64,000 bases of DNA from Naegleria gruberi (taxonomy: Eukaryota). The stretch's first letter is position 1; each line of letters starts with the position of its first letter. The position numbers and the translations under genes are program-made. The stretch lies in NCBI GenBank assembly GCA_000004985.1, contig GG738846.1; one strand, written 5' to 3'. The notes beneath the pieces were generated by a model, which saw nothing but the letters and a program-made list of their open reading frames with translations, searched no databases and was not told the origin of the DNA. Of the stretch, positions 31,811 through 43,823 are shown piece by piece.

Positions 31811-33106
31811 CTACTCATAGCATCTGTCATAATATTCATTGATTGAGGAGTGTGAAATGCAAGCCGCAAATTTACCCCTGCTCATATCGTACAATTCCTT
31901 AATGGTGTCATATTTGGCATCAGGGTCATTCCTAACAATCTTTGCATGGACAACCAATTGATGAATCAATGAATGATCCTTCTCAATAAAGTGATGATTG
32001 ATGAAATTGTGAACTCTTCTTTCAGACCAATTGTAAAGTTCCATATCTCTGTCGGTCTGTGGAATAATTTCCACATAGGCCAGCTCTGAAAATATTTCCT
32101 GCTCTAACAATTTATAAATACAGGAACATCCTTGTATTGAAATTCTTAATAACTTGGGGAATTTCTTCCTTGTTATGGCGGAAAGAATATTCCTCTCTAA
32201 TCGTTCTGTATCAATTTTAAAATAATAATTCGAATCACTGGAAGCCAACCTGATGGTTAAATCAATAACATTAGGAAATTCTTGACCATCAAGGAAGTTG
32301 TCGTATTCAGTTGAAGTTTCATTGGGAATTTGGAAAGAAAAGCATAAAAATTGAGCATATTTGTTGGGTATTACAAATTGTTGATAGTGCTCTGATGTGA
32401 AATTAATTGAAAGGGCCACACAAGTGGGCTCCAATTGTCTCAAGAGCATTAAACTTTCAATATCAGTTTCCATATCAATTACAAAACCAAGTGAGCGATC
32501 TGTTGGGTTACTTGAAACTAAACCTTTCGAAATAAGACAACTTCTTTCCAATGTATCCCAATACATATAACTATCATTCTTAAATCTCTCACTATCAAAA
32601 TAAGTAATCATATCAAGTACCAATATAAATGCCTTGTGTAAATACAGGTCATATGGTTCCAATTGAGTGATAGATTTAATCTTTTCAAATTTAGATTCAG
32701 ATATCATTAACGTATCAACTCTTTCCTCAAATAACTTGTTCACTTCCTCGTTTGCAAAATCATTAGGAATTCCATCCAAGTCCACAGGTATCTGATAGTG
32801 AAAGCCACACATAGATGGATCAATAATTTGTGAATATTCTCTGTTGGAATTCATCTCAGTTGCCTCAATAAGTTTTTGCATTTTCACAAGCGAAACTGAA
32901 TCATAAACTGAAATATCTCCTCTTGCTAATGAAAATCCCTCAAAAGATTGATATCGTTTCCAATAAACAACCATTTCCAATACATTCGAAACTTTTTTCC
33001 AATAGTCATGCATTTCCTGCATGAATAATTGACAAGCTTTTTTACTAGTAACACAACACAGGGTATGAACTGTTCTAATTGTTTGAATATTTAAAGTATC
33101 CACCAT
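31811..33106 (-). CDS. Hypothetical protein, 431 aa, possibly F-box-like at the N-terminus.
   Basis: A single ORF with a caaaaATG start. The N-terminus (LNIQTIRTVHTLCCVTSKKACQLFMQEMHDYWKK) weakly resembles an F-box. I am confident it is a gene but not about the family. Confidence 0.45.
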   Translation of the reverse strand: MVDTLNIQTIRTVHTLCCVTSKKACQLFMQEMHDYWKKVSNVLEMVVYWKRYQSFEGFSLARGDISVYDSVSLVKMQKLIEATEMNSNREYSQIIDPSMCGFHYQIPVDLDGIPNDFANEEVNKLFEERVDTLMISESKFEKIKSITQLEPYDLYLHKAFILVLDMITYFDSERFKNDSYMYWDTLERSCLISKGLVSSNPTDRSLGFVIDMETDIESLMLLRQLEPTCVALSINFTSEHYQQFVIPNKYAQFLCFSFQIPNETSTEYDNFLDGQEFPNVIDLTIRLASSDSNYYFKIDTERLERNILSAITRKKFPKLLRISIQGCSCIYKLLEQEIFSELAYVEIIPQTDRDMELYNWSERRVHNFINHHFIEKDHSLIHQLVVHAKIVRNDPDAKYDTIKELYDMSRGKFAACISHSSINEYYDRCYE

Positions 33107-33605
33107 TTTTGGAAATAATGTTTAAATTTCATAATATTTTCATTAGAATTTAAATTCACTTGATAGATCGGACCAAGCAAATATTGAAGTATACAAAATT
33201 GCCAAATTTCCAATGGGAGGGCAAGTAGATTCATTTTTTTTAAATTCTATTTGTCAACACTTTTGTGAACTTGCAATTACAAAATGAAAGATCCAAAATG
33301 AATTTAGAAATCTCAGCAAAATGTGGCACCATTGAAGAAAATCAAACTTTGATGTATTAAACCAATTTCCAGTATCCAAGCTAGACTCTTTCCCTTAAAA
33401 TCAAGTGTTGGATAATTTTAAAAATTAAATTTAAAAAAAAATTCAAAACACAACCCTCATCATCTACCTTCGCAAATTTTCATTTTTTGAAAATTCAATT
33501 TTTGGTTGTTGTTACCTGAATATCGGAATAAAGAAATAGCAAGTCTTTTAGTAACTGTATTACCCAATTTCTCTAATTGATTACTCATCTAAACGGAAAA
33601 AACAA

Positions 33606-36092
33606 ATGTTCCTAACTGGAAAGAAGAATATTCTCGGCTCACCAAAGGCTACCACTAACACACCTCCACTATCATCAGCAACAAAACCAGAATTACCAGA
33701 CTTTCAATTGGATGACATATTTACAGTGGAAGAATATGATGCCTTCTATTATATAACTTCAAGAAAGTTGTTCGGTTCATCACCATCATCATCATCAACG
33801 GGTTCTTTGAACGGTGAACAACAATTTAGAGAGGAAAAAGTGGATCTTTCATTGAGTTTTATTAGGAATGTTGATTTGGATATTTTGATTGCATACAGAG
33901 AGGCTTGTTCTTCATCATCTACAATGAGAAAGGAATTGGAGGATGCTATGGAAATGCTTTTTATATTGAACGAGAAGATGACATACTTGAAATCCCTTTC
34001 AGAGAAGGCAGAACAGGCCAGAGAAACAAGAGCTTTGGAAATTGGGAAGAGAAATTTAATTCAAACAATAATGATATTGAAGAGATTGAATTCATTCACT
34101 ACCATTATTGAAAAGATGAAAATTCAAGCATCAAAGAAACAATACAAACAAGTGACAGAGTTTTTGATTGTTTCTAACGAGCTGAAACAATCCCTTGAAG
34201 AATTCAAGACTGTTCCAAAAGCTCAGTTAATTTTCAAGAGATTTGATAATTTTAGACAATCACTTCAAGGAATATTGTTGAAGGATTGTAAAGAGCTGGG
34301 ATCAAAGAAGGATGAAAATTTACAAGGTATCCTCTCAGAAATGTGTCCAATCGTTGATGCTTTGGAGGATGATGTTGTAAGAATAGAGTTGGTTTCTAAA
34401 TTTGCTGCCTTACAACTCTCTACCTATGAATCTCAATTTAAAGACAGGAAATTGGAAAGCATTGATGATCGATTCAAATTTATCAAACAATTGCTCAAGA
34501 ATTTCGAGGAAGAGTACGATCATATTTTCCCACATGATTGGTGTGTTCCACAAGAACTTGTAGTAGAGTTTAGTTTAAAGACCCGAGAATCCATTCTTTT
34601 ATGGTTGAAGAAGGACAGTTCAATAAGTGGTAAACTACTATATCTAGCCATTCTCTCAACAATGAAATTTGAAAGAAACATGCAGTCTCGATTCTATCCA
34701 GAAAAGTCACCAGTACAACCAGCTGCTCATAATGAGGATGAAGTAGAAATCAAAACTCCAAAGAACAAGTACAATTTCAGAGGATTCATAAGCTCATGCT
34801 TTGAAGATCATATGCACGTCTATATCAAGTTTGAGGAAGATGCCATGAAGGAAATTTTGGCCAAAATTGTAAAAAAGGAAACCTGGGATAATGTTAATCA
34901 AGCTAGTAGTTGCCAAGATGTCCTGATCTATGTGATTGAATCAATGAAATCATGTAGTGCTGTGTCGAGTGGAAAAACTTTGAACGATGTTCTTCAAAGT
35001 GTTTTCAGAAAATGTTTAATGAGCTATGCTGATATTCTCATTCAAAAACTTCCTAAAGTTCAAAATACCACACCAACAGAACAAAAGTCTGTCACTTCAA
35101 CAATTACCGGCTATGTTGGAATGACTACCAAGTTAGGTCTATCAGCAGTACTCCCAACTGATACAATTACCACGGAAAAGAAGAGACTCACCGAGAAGGA
35201 GGAAAAGATCATCTTTTACATTATTCACTGTGCAGATTATATTCAACAAAATACTCAACCTTTGGAAGAAGAATTAAGAGGATTACTCCAAGAGCCATAC
35301 TCTGCACAAATTGATCTCTCTCAAGAACAAGAAAAGTTTTTAGGAATTGTAAAGAGTGGTATTGAAATGCTTGTGAATAATTTGATGAATGTTTTGGAAA
35401 AGCCACTCTCTGAAATGTTGGCTAAAAATTGGGGAATTATGGAAAGTGTTGGAGATCAATCTGGATATGTTTCAAACATTGTTCAAAATTTGAATGATAT
35501 TGCGCCATACATTGCCAACTCACTTTCTTTGGATAATTTCAAATTTTTGTGTGATAGATTTACAATTACCTTTATCACAACATTTTTATCCAATATTTAC
35601 AAATGTAAAAAGTTTTCACGAGTTGGAGCTCATCAAATGTTGGTAGATGTCAAATCACTTACTCAATATAGTTTGAGACGTTTACTAGTTCTGGGAAATG
35701 ATAAGAGATTCGAGCAATCAGATATTTCTTCCTTCCAAAAGTTAGTAGACTCTAAAATGCAAAAGATTGAAATTACATTACGTGCATTGGCAGCAGTTCC
35801 TGACAATACCTATGAAATTTATCTTCAAATGCCTGAACATTCTCTCCAAGAGTTGACCAAGTTATTGGAAATGAAGGAAATTTCCAGAAGTGAGAGAAAT
35901 CACATTTTGGATCGTTATCAAAAGGAAGCTGTAAAGAAGGAAGAAACCAAGGATGCATCCTACCTCTCAATGATTGGAACTGGTTCTGCAAAGGTTGGTA
36001 AGGCAACAGTTCAAGCAACCTCAGCAGCCACCTCTGCAATTTTCTCTGCTGGTAAATCAGTAATTAACAAATCAATGTCCATAATAAAGTAA
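33606..36092 (+). CDS. VPS53: VPS53 (GARP complex subunit), 828 aa.
   Basis: The region ...RFKFIKQLLKNFEEEYDHIFPHDWCVPQELVVEFSLKTRESIL...LLYLAILSTMKFERNMQSRF matches the conserved Vps53 core ([37 protein letters not shown]...LLLFAIQRTTNFE). Confidence 0.8.
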   Translation: MFLTGKKNILGSPKATTNTPPLSSATKPELPDFQLDDIFTVEEYDAFYYITSRKLFGSSPSSSSTGSLNGEQQFREEKVDLSLSFIRNVDLDILIAYREACSSSSTMRKELEDAMEMLFILNEKMTYLKSLSEKAEQARETRALEIGKRNLIQTIMILKRLNSFTTIIEKMKIQASKKQYKQVTEFLIVSNELKQSLEEFKTVPKAQLIFKRFDNFRQSLQGILLKDCKELGSKKDENLQGILSEMCPIVDALEDDVVRIELVSKFAALQLSTYESQFKDRKLESIDDRFKFIKQLLKNFEEEYDHIFPHDWCVPQELVVEFSLKTRESILLWLKKDSSISGKLLYLAILSTMKFERNMQSRFYPEKSPVQPAAHNEDEVEIKTPKNKYNFRGFISSCFEDHMHVYIKFEEDAMKEILAKIVKKETWDNVNQASSCQDVLIYVIESMKSCSAVSSGKTLNDVLQSVFRKCLMSYADILIQKLPKVQNTTPTEQKSVTSTITGYVGMTTKLGLSAVLPTDTITTEKKRLTEKEEKIIFYIIHCADYIQQNTQPLEEELRGLLQEPYSAQIDLSQEQEKFLGIVKSGIEMLVNNLMNVLEKPLSEMLAKNWGIMESVGDQSGYVSNIVQNLNDIAPYIANSLSLDNFKFLCDRFTITFITTFLSNIYKCKKFSRVGAHQMLVDVKSLTQYSLRRLLVLGNDKRFEQSDISSFQKLVDSKMQKIEITLRALAAVPDNTYEIYLQMPEHSLQELTKLLEMKEISRSERNHILDRYQKEAVKKEETKDASYLSMIGTGSAKVGKATVQATSAATSAIFSAGKSVINKSMSIIK

Positions 36093-36261
36093 ATTTATTA
36101 ACACAGATAACAATCAAATGAATAGTGTATAAAGACAAGTTCAAATAGTTGTCCTTCTAATCTAGCAGTAGATAAGTTAACAATGGATTCATCAAAAAGC
36201 CTTTTTTGTCAAGTATCAGAGTTTCACTGATATCTTGTGGCGATCACTCAGCTTTCATAAC

Positions 36262-39188
36262 ATGAAAAAAACTGCAAACACAAATTATCACGAGAATATG
36301 AACACCCAAAAATTGTTCATTTTCCTTCTCGTATTCCTTTCAGTTGTTACACTTCAAGAAGTAACAGCATCCTTCATCAACTCGAAGAATATCTACACGT
36401 TCGGCTACATTTACTACTCTGGTTTTTCACCACTAGCCATCACACCTGATACTAGCACTCCAATTGAAAATGATCTACTACCCAAATATCTATTCAACGG
36501 CACCGAATCATGGAAATTAATAACAGGAAATGAAACAACCACCACTACTATGAACACTTCTGTTAAACTGCAACAAATAGTTACGGGCATGTCGGTGATG
36601 TTTTACGTGTTGGAATATTTCAATAGTGATACGAATAGTTCTCTTGGGCAAAGAATTCTCGTCTCTGGAAGTAATATGAATGGACAGGGAGCTGTTATCA
36701 AACCACCCTATATCATGTCTACTCCAGAATTAATTTACATCTATTCGAAAGATGGACAAGCTTTTAATCCCTTCTCTAATTCGAATAGGATTATTCACAT
36801 GGCTTGTTTGTATTCATGTTTGATCGTGTCCAGTGATGGTCATGTTCGTTACCATTATGGACTGTTGGAAGTTGGTACTGGAATTTGGAATGTTCGATTT
36901 AGTGCAGTTTCGTATAACGATCCAGATAATGGTCAATTGTTAACTGGTGTGAAATATGTACATGCTACAATTGGTGGATATTATGGTTGTGAAACAATGT
37001 TTGCAGTTACTAATTATGGTCATGTTTTTAGTAGTGGATGTCATAATTCTGGATTGAGAGGAACTTCCTCTTCCTATTCAGATACGAGTGTTAATTTAAT
37101 TCCATCATTGAGGAATATTACAACAGTTTCGGTTGGTTTCTTGGATGGAAATGGAGAGACTGGCAAGACAGCTGCTGGAGCTATTGATGTGAATGGAGTT
37201 TTGTGGACTTGGGGAAGTAATTTTAATGGAATGTTGGGTTGGAATTCGACACTAAATGTTAGTGAAACAGCTCAACCTGTCACCTTAATTCAAAACCCAG
37301 TAACACAAGTTTCATTTGGATTTTCACATGCCATTGTAATGACAAATAATGGAGATGTTTTGTGTTTTGGAGGAAATCTTTACCAGCAATGTGATTTCAA
37401 TCTTCTGATCCATCAATCATGGTCCCTAAAAAAATTGACAATGTTACAAATTCACTTTACTGCACTGCCAAGGAATACATTTCAATTTGCATTGTAATAG
37501 ATGGTACTGTTAAATCATGGGGAGTTTCTTTGAATTCGTATAAAAATCTGGGTCATGCTAGTAATCCAGTTTTTGACACGGTCAACTTGGGACAATCGAT
37601 AACTTCCTCAGTTTACTTGTCAGGAATTCATGGCATGGCAATCACTACAACAGAAAAGGTTAAAGTTTGGGGAAGTAATAATAATGGGATGTTAACACTT
37701 GGAGATGAATACATGATTAGATATCCTAGAAAATTAACAACTTTTGGACTTTCTTATTCGAATGTTTCGGTTGTGATTGCCAAATCAGGAAATGCTTGTT
37801 CATTCTTATTGACTGCTTTGGGGAATGATAGTTCTACCAATGTATTAGAATATTGGGGAGGTTGCAATAACGGTCTTGGATTTTCAGTAACTGCCAATAC
37901 TCCAACACAAGCACTCACATCATTGACATCTAAAAAAGTTATTGACCTAGATATGAAAGGAGAGTTTGCAGTAGCTCTTGTTGAGAATGGGGATGTCTAT
38001 GCTTGGGGAAAGGGAGATTATTACTCTTTTGGCTCTTCATCAAGTAGTAATCCAACTCCTACGTTAATCTATTCGAATGTTAAACTAATCACAGCTGCCT
38101 CTTCCAATACGTATCTATTATTACAGAATGGAACACTATTGGGTATTGGTGATAATACCTATGATGAATTAGGTGTCACTGGACCGACTAGTATTTCAAA
38201 TTTCATTGCATTGAATACTTCAATCATTGATTCGAATAATGAAGTCATTGTTGACATTAAGGGAGGTACACAAACACTCTTTGTCTTGACAGATAAGGGA
38301 AATGTGTACGGTATTGGTTTAAATACTGGAGGTAATAAGTATCTTTCCCCTAGTGCAACTTCCAAATATTCAACTTTTATTCGAATCAATGGAAATGTCA
38401 AAGTTAGAAAGATGTTTGTTGGATTTTACAGTGCTACTGTATTTGTTTCAACAAGTGGAGTACCCTACTATTTCGATGGAACACCAATCAAATTGAATCT
38501 TCCATCAGATGATTCGTATTTGGTTGACTCATTCATGTATTCAAAAAGACACTACTTTATTACCAAAAAAGGGAATGTTTACACATCTGGTTCCAATGAT
38601 TATTATCAGACTTCATACAGAAGTGGTTTTAATCCAGTTATTTCTGCTCCAACTCTCTACATGACAAAAGATTATTTTGATGGAGTACCATATATGGGAA
38701 TTGCTGGATCTTTGGTTGCCGGAATTATTACCAGAGAAGAATATACATGTTTTGGAGTGAATTCTACCGATTCAACTGTCTGCTCTTCTCGTGGTTATTG
38801 TTCTGGACCAGATTCTTGCACATGTGATGAAGGATATTATGGGTTGACCTGTGCCAATTTTTCCTGCAATTCAATTTCCTCATTCAATTCTTCAGTTTGC
38901 TCTGGAAGAGGAATTTGTTCTGGGCCTAATACTTGCTCTAATTGTACAAATTCTATTGGAAACAATTGTGAATATCCTATTTGTTATGGAACTTATTCGA
39001 ATAATGTTTCAGTTTGTAGTGGAAATGGATATTGCACATCAGTAGATACTTGTCAATGTAAATTTGGATTTTATGGAACTAAATGTGAATATAGAACGTG
39101 TTTTGGAGGTTCAGCATTGAATGGAGTTTTACCAAGACAGACAGTCGCCGATGTCTTTTGTAAAAACATTAACAAGCTATTGAAATAA
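36262..39188 (+). CDS. Secreted protein with RCC1-like beta-propeller repeats followed by C-terminal tenascin-type EGF repeats. A single-base frame break near 37396-37398 splits it into two track ORFs.
   Basis: It has a signal peptide (LFIFLLVFLSVVTLQEVTAS) and many G-x-V-x-x-WG-x-N-x-x-G-x-LG RCC1 motifs. The C-terminus carries four CxCxxGYxGxxC-type EGF units (CSGPDSCTCDEGYYGLTC...). Frame A ends ...LYQQCDF and frame B continues (Q)SSDPSIMVPKKIDNV.... A TTT-to-TTTT correction joins them, and the RCC1 periodicity is preserved across the break. Confidence 0.7.
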
Positions 39189-39224
39189 TCAACAACTGTG
39201 TGAACTAACTTGTCATGAATTTAT

Positions 39225-40172
39225 TCAGATATCATTAATGCGCTTTTTCCACATACTATCCTTAATAGCATCTTTCAAAAATTTCTCCTTCTCACCATGA
39301 TCCATCTTATATTCATTCCTATGCTCCTTACATATTTTCAATAGATTGTAAATCATTCCATCCAATGTGCCGTCATTATAAATTATGGAAACCAAACTCT
39401 TCAATTCAGCATTACTTTCATTACCTTGCTGTTGATAGATATCGGTGCATGTTTTAAAAAAGTTGAACGCCTTATTTTCAGATAGGAAATTGTGAAATGA
39501 TTTCAATACGGGAATCATATCTTCAGTTTCGAGTTCGATTAGAATTTCGTAGAGCGGCTTGCAAATTTCAGCAACTTTGGACACTAAATGAATTTTCTTA
39601 CTTGTTGGAGAGGGAAATTCACATATTTGGAGTTTCAATAATTCAAGTTTGAGTTCTGGCAGGACAAGATATTCAGCCAAACGTGTCAAGTCCCTTTTCA
39701 ATACTTCATTACACTTGTCAAGCTGCTCTCTGTGAAAGAATTTTTTCAATTGTTTCATTGATTTGGGAATATTCGAAAGTTTTAGTTCATCACTTGGCAA
39801 GACGAAACTTGATTCTTCTTTGAAATTATTGGAAATGGCAGCTTTCAAAACTGGTCCTCTCAATAATTCCTTTCTGACAAGTATTTTGCTCTTGGTACTT
39901 CCTTCATAAATTATGCATAATTCTTCATTATGATCATCTGAACAAGTTTCACTTTTCTTGGTCTTCTTTTTCTCTGGTTCAGAAGAGCTGGCCTCAGACG
40001 AAACCTTTCGTTTTTCACTGTTGGTGCTTTTCAATGCTTTTAAAACTTGCTGTTGTAATTCATTTCCTTCTTTTTGAGCAGAAAGAATTTCACGAAGCAA
40101 ACTGATGATTTCTTCCTTGATCAGTTATTCGAATAATAATTGACGAAACAAACCTTCTTTATCTGAAGACAT
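39225..40172 (-). CDS. Hypothetical protein (~301 aa). Two exons: 40172-40154 and 40111-39225.
   Basis: ATG-tct-tca-gat-aaa-gaa-g is followed by a GTTTGTT donor, and a 42-nt intron ends in ...CAAGGAAG. The downstream exon is a 295-aa ORF with an S/E/K-rich N-terminus. Without splicing, the frame reaches a stop after 15 codons. Confidence 0.5.
40112..40153 (-). other. Putative 42-nt intron (GTTTGTT...GGAAG), phase 1.
   Basis: It links the only upstream ATG in a good context (aaaaaaaataactcaATG) to the long ORF. Confidence 0.45.
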
Positions 40173-40442
40173 TGAGTTATTTTTTTTGTTTGATTTTTTG
40201 TTTTCAAACACAAACTTTGCCAATTCCCATAAAAATTGCAAGTCAAATCAAGTTTGTTCTTCATTAGGTAAATTTCGACTGATTTATTGATATCAATATT
40301 GCAATTTAACAGAATCACATCTGATCCTATGACAATTTATCAAAGATGTTGAAAAGATGGTTTGTAGAATATTCTTTAATCTCTCATGTTAATTATTTAC
40401 ATTATTTTCATCATCAAACACCTGGATTAGACTATTAATTGA

Positions 40443-40721
40443 CTAATCCTCGTCATTACTTTCTTTACTCTCAACCTCTTCATCATCCTTCTTTTCTCTC
40501 AACCTCAAAACCAAGAACAACGTATCATCCTTCTTAACATTATACTCTACCAATGATTTTTCCTCATCACGCAATTGTTTTCCACCGAAAATGTAAACCT
40601 GAAAACCTGGAACAGTTCCCTCCTTTTGAAAAATCTTGTTTTGCAAGTTTTTGATCGTGTCATTGGCTTCACAATCAACTGGGATTATTTTACCAGTGCA
40701 TGTCTTGACGAATATTTGCAT
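40443..40721 (-). CDS. Small ubiquitin-like protein (92 aa) with an acidic tail and no C-terminal Gly-Gly.
   Basis: It begins MQIFVKTCTGKIIPVDCEANDTIKNLQNKI..., which is beta-grasp ubiquitin-like. The fold ends ...LVLRLREKK instead of LRLRGG, followed by DDEEVESKESNDED. Confidence 0.7.
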   Translation of the reverse strand: MQIFVKTCTGKIIPVDCEANDTIKNLQNKIFQKEGTVPGFQVYIFGGKQLRDEEKSLVEYNVKKDDTLFLVLRLREKKDDEEVESKESNDED

Positions 40722-40927
40722 TTTCTTTTTTTGTTGTATTATTTGATATTTGATTTCACATGCATGATCAACAAGATAAAGGAATATGAATGAAAGGTAA
40801 TGGTTGTGGGACTGTTATGAAATGCTACTCCAAGATTAGTTTATAATCTGTTACATTTTGGATTTACTGAACAAGATTATAATCATAGTCAATTGGGGTT
40901 ACTTGCACTTCTAACACAACAATTAGT

Positions 40928-42307
40928 TTATTGATACAATTTGGAATCATCAGAGATGGCCATTACCTCAGAGGAAAATGAAATAGCCGAAGGACTTGTT
41001 GGACTCATATCACCTCCTGAGCTAGATGGTAAGGAGAGGAAATTATCACCACTCCCACTCAGATCTGAGAGATGATTCCTCGTTGTTGATGGAACATGCA
41101 AATGATTGGAACGGAGTTTCTTTTGAGAGAGGGCCTCCTTTCTCTTTTCAATTTCTTGCATTGCAATTTCCATATCTCTAAATAAGGGAAAGAAGAGAAA
41201 GAGAATTAGAATTCCAAATGTTAAAACACCTGTACAGTTCAAGAATTGCCAAATGACTGAATAGTTTGCCAATTCTGTGGCTCCAGAAGCAATGGCAATG
41301 GCAATTAATTGTAATGAAATGCACATTAATAAACCAATCAATAATCCAAAGGTTATTTTGAAAGGTGATTGAACTCTCTTCTCAAACGAAACCTTATCAA
41401 ATGATTGTCTCGTATTATTGGAACTGTGAGAAGTTTGACTTTCAATATTACTTTCAGATTTCTGAGCAAACGATTCTGAATTTGTATTATTCGAAACATT
41501 TGCAGTCACCACATTCTTTGAGGTTTTCTGAATGGTTCGAATGACAATTATTCCAGAAGCAATTAACATTCCACCAACAAATAATAGAACAATTCCACCC
41601 ACTACAAATGAAGTCACTTGAATGGCAGCAACATATTCCTTTGGAATATAGTCGAATCTTCTAATTCCAGCAATTATTCCAATAAGTAAAATAATGACAA
41701 CGGCCACAATTACAAAAACAGTTCCCACAATGGTCATGATCATTCTAATAATTTTGGATGTTTGTTTTGAAATGGCTCTCATCAAGGTAGCAGTACTCCA
41801 ACTAAATTAAATATTTCCATAATTGGAATATTGAAACTTTACAATAAACACTTACAACATATTTTGCACAAAAATTACAATGGAAAACAAGGTCAAAAAA
41901 TTACTCAACATGGAAAAGGTATTCAGACCTGCAAATACCTGCATTGTAACAAATAATTCCCATTCAATGAGTCCTCCATTTTCAGCTCTGGTTCGAACAG
42001 TCAATTGTAAACTTTCATTCACAACTCTAATTAACAAACTCATGATTTGAACAGTGACATAAATTCCAGTCATGATGAAGAGAATCTTTTGATTCCTTTT
42101 GAGTTTCAATTTTCTCGTCACTTTATAAATGAAACCAATGAGAATGAACATGTAAATGGTAAAGAGAAAGAGGAAGAGAATTGTATTCGAAAGTACGAGA
42201 CTACTCGACCAGATGGGTCTGAATTGATCGAGAGTAACATTCGTATAGCCATTATCGTTGATTATTGCAGAGGATGAGAAGAGAGATTGTATGTTTAAAG
42301 TTGACAT
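40928..42307 (-). CDS. Multi-pass membrane protein (~441 aa, 8-10 predicted TM helices). Two exons: 42307-41856 and 41801-40928.
   Basis: There are hydrophobic helices throughout, and the likely start has an aaaaaaaaaaATG context at 42307. An intron (GTAAGT...TTAATTTAG, 54 nt, phase 2) joins ...FVQNM-F|WSTATLMRAISK.... I recognise no family. Confidence 0.6.
41802..41855 (-). other. Intron (54 nt), GTAAGT...AATTTAG.
   Basis: The donor overlaps the apparent stop of the upstream track ORF, and the acceptor is in phase with the downstream ORF. Confidence 0.6.
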
Positions 42308-42728
42308 TTTTTTTTTGGAGTTTAGGATAATGAAAGTCATGAAATTGTGGATGCGAAAATGAAATTCCCTTTTCGGCAATAAAATAGTTAACAAGATTAT
42401 TAAATTCCAAATCGGTGCGAGCAGATACATTTCAAAATTTTTGTATGTTTCTAGTCAACCCAATTTTTCTTTACAATATTTCGAATAACACAAGTTTCAT
42501 CAATTAATTAACATTACTGTTCGTGATTATTTAAACATCAATACTGTGAATGAACATTTCATACACTCCATAAAATTTCAAATGTTTGTATTCTGCTGCA
42601 ACTAAAAAATTACAAAACAAACTTCCCATTTTAGAAAAGGATGAATACTTCCCAGTAACCCCGCTACTGGCAATCTTTTTTCACATCCACACGAAAACCT
42701 ATGCAATTTCCACTTGAACTGAAAAAAA

Positions 42729-43769
42729 ATGCACAAACTCCTCTCTCTTCTCTTTGCATTACTCTCCCTAACATGTTTGTGTTTGGCTGGTAAATGTCCA
42801 CCAGGTTACTACTATGAAATTTATAAACCTTGTGTTGAGTGCAGTGTTGGCTATTATTGTAAGTAATTTTCATTAAAATTTGAATGTGTGAATGGTGTTT
42901 GAAATGTGTGTGTGAAATGTGTGTGAAACAATATGTAAATAGGTCCAGGTGATTCGAGAATGTATCAATGTTTTGAAGGTTATGCAACAACTGAACCTGG
43001 ACAGATAAGTTGTACACTCTGTCCAAGTAAGAGGGCCAATAGAGATCATACTGCATGTGTGTTGCCTGATACTCCAGCAAGTGCCATTGAAATTTTCTAT
43101 GATAATACAACTGTTCCATTTACTGTTGGAAGTGATGGAGGAAATTATTTCCTTACAGTGTATGGAAATGGTCAACCAACCAATAATACTTTACAAATTA
43201 CATTTGTTACAGTTAATCAAGAATTTGGTGGATTGAATATTTATGGATCAAAGGAAACTGGAAATCCATCCTCTTTTAATTTTCAATATTTTGGAATTGG
43301 TTCAAATGCTTCAATTTTTGATCCAAAAATGGATTTCAATGATATTACTGTTTATTACTTTTTTGCTTTGGATTACCTTCCTCAAGCAAAATATGTTCCT
43401 AAAATCTTCCCATTTTACACTACTTCCTATAAGATTTCGTCCAACAAGTTTAAAATCAGTCAGGTTGACTACATTTACCAAGAAAATCAAATAATTTTCA
43501 CTAAGGATTTAATTGCTGTTGGAACTAGAGTGCTTGTCAAGTTCCGTCTCTTGAATGCGGATTCAATCCCTTCCTATCAATTACTCTACTCATCAGCTTC
43601 CAATGAATACTATCCTAATCCAAACAATGCAGACTATGTTGTAAGAGGTAAAAAATCTGATATTTCCATTTTGAGTGTTCCACAATCAAGAGGTGGACCA
43701 TTTATTTTTTCATTGTATCTTCCTTCAAGTGCTCACGGTATTGGTATTGAATTTGAACTCGTTTTTTAA
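42729..43769 (+). CDS. Secreted cysteine-rich protein (~318 aa). Two exons: 42729-42858 and 42943-43769.
   Basis: It has a signal peptide (MHKLLSLLFALLSLTCLCLA) and TNFR/GCC-like Cys spacing (CPPGYYYEIYKPCVECSVGYYC PGDSRMYQCFEGY...CTLC...C), followed by a beta-rich domain. The 84-nt intron (GTAAGT...AAATAG) is phase 1 and completes a Cys codon (t|gt). Confidence 0.65.
42859..42942 (+). other. Intron (84 nt), GTAAGT...TAAATAG, containing a (GAAATGTGTGTG)n-like GT-rich repeat.
   Basis: A canonical donor and acceptor flank an imperfect tandem repeat gaatgtgtgaatggtgtttgaaatgtgtgtgtgaaatgtgtgtg. Confidence 0.65.
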
Positions 43770-43823
43770 GTCAATTAATTATAAAAACCTCGTGAGTTAA
43801 CAATTTACAGTAAAATGGAAAAT

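Noticed and set aside
42664-43175. Minus-strand ORFs 42664-43119 and 42873-43175.
   Set aside because: They overlap the signal-peptide exon, the intron and exon 2 of the plus-strand secreted Cys-rich gene. Their translations are H/T/I-rich nonsense, so they are spurious antisense frames.
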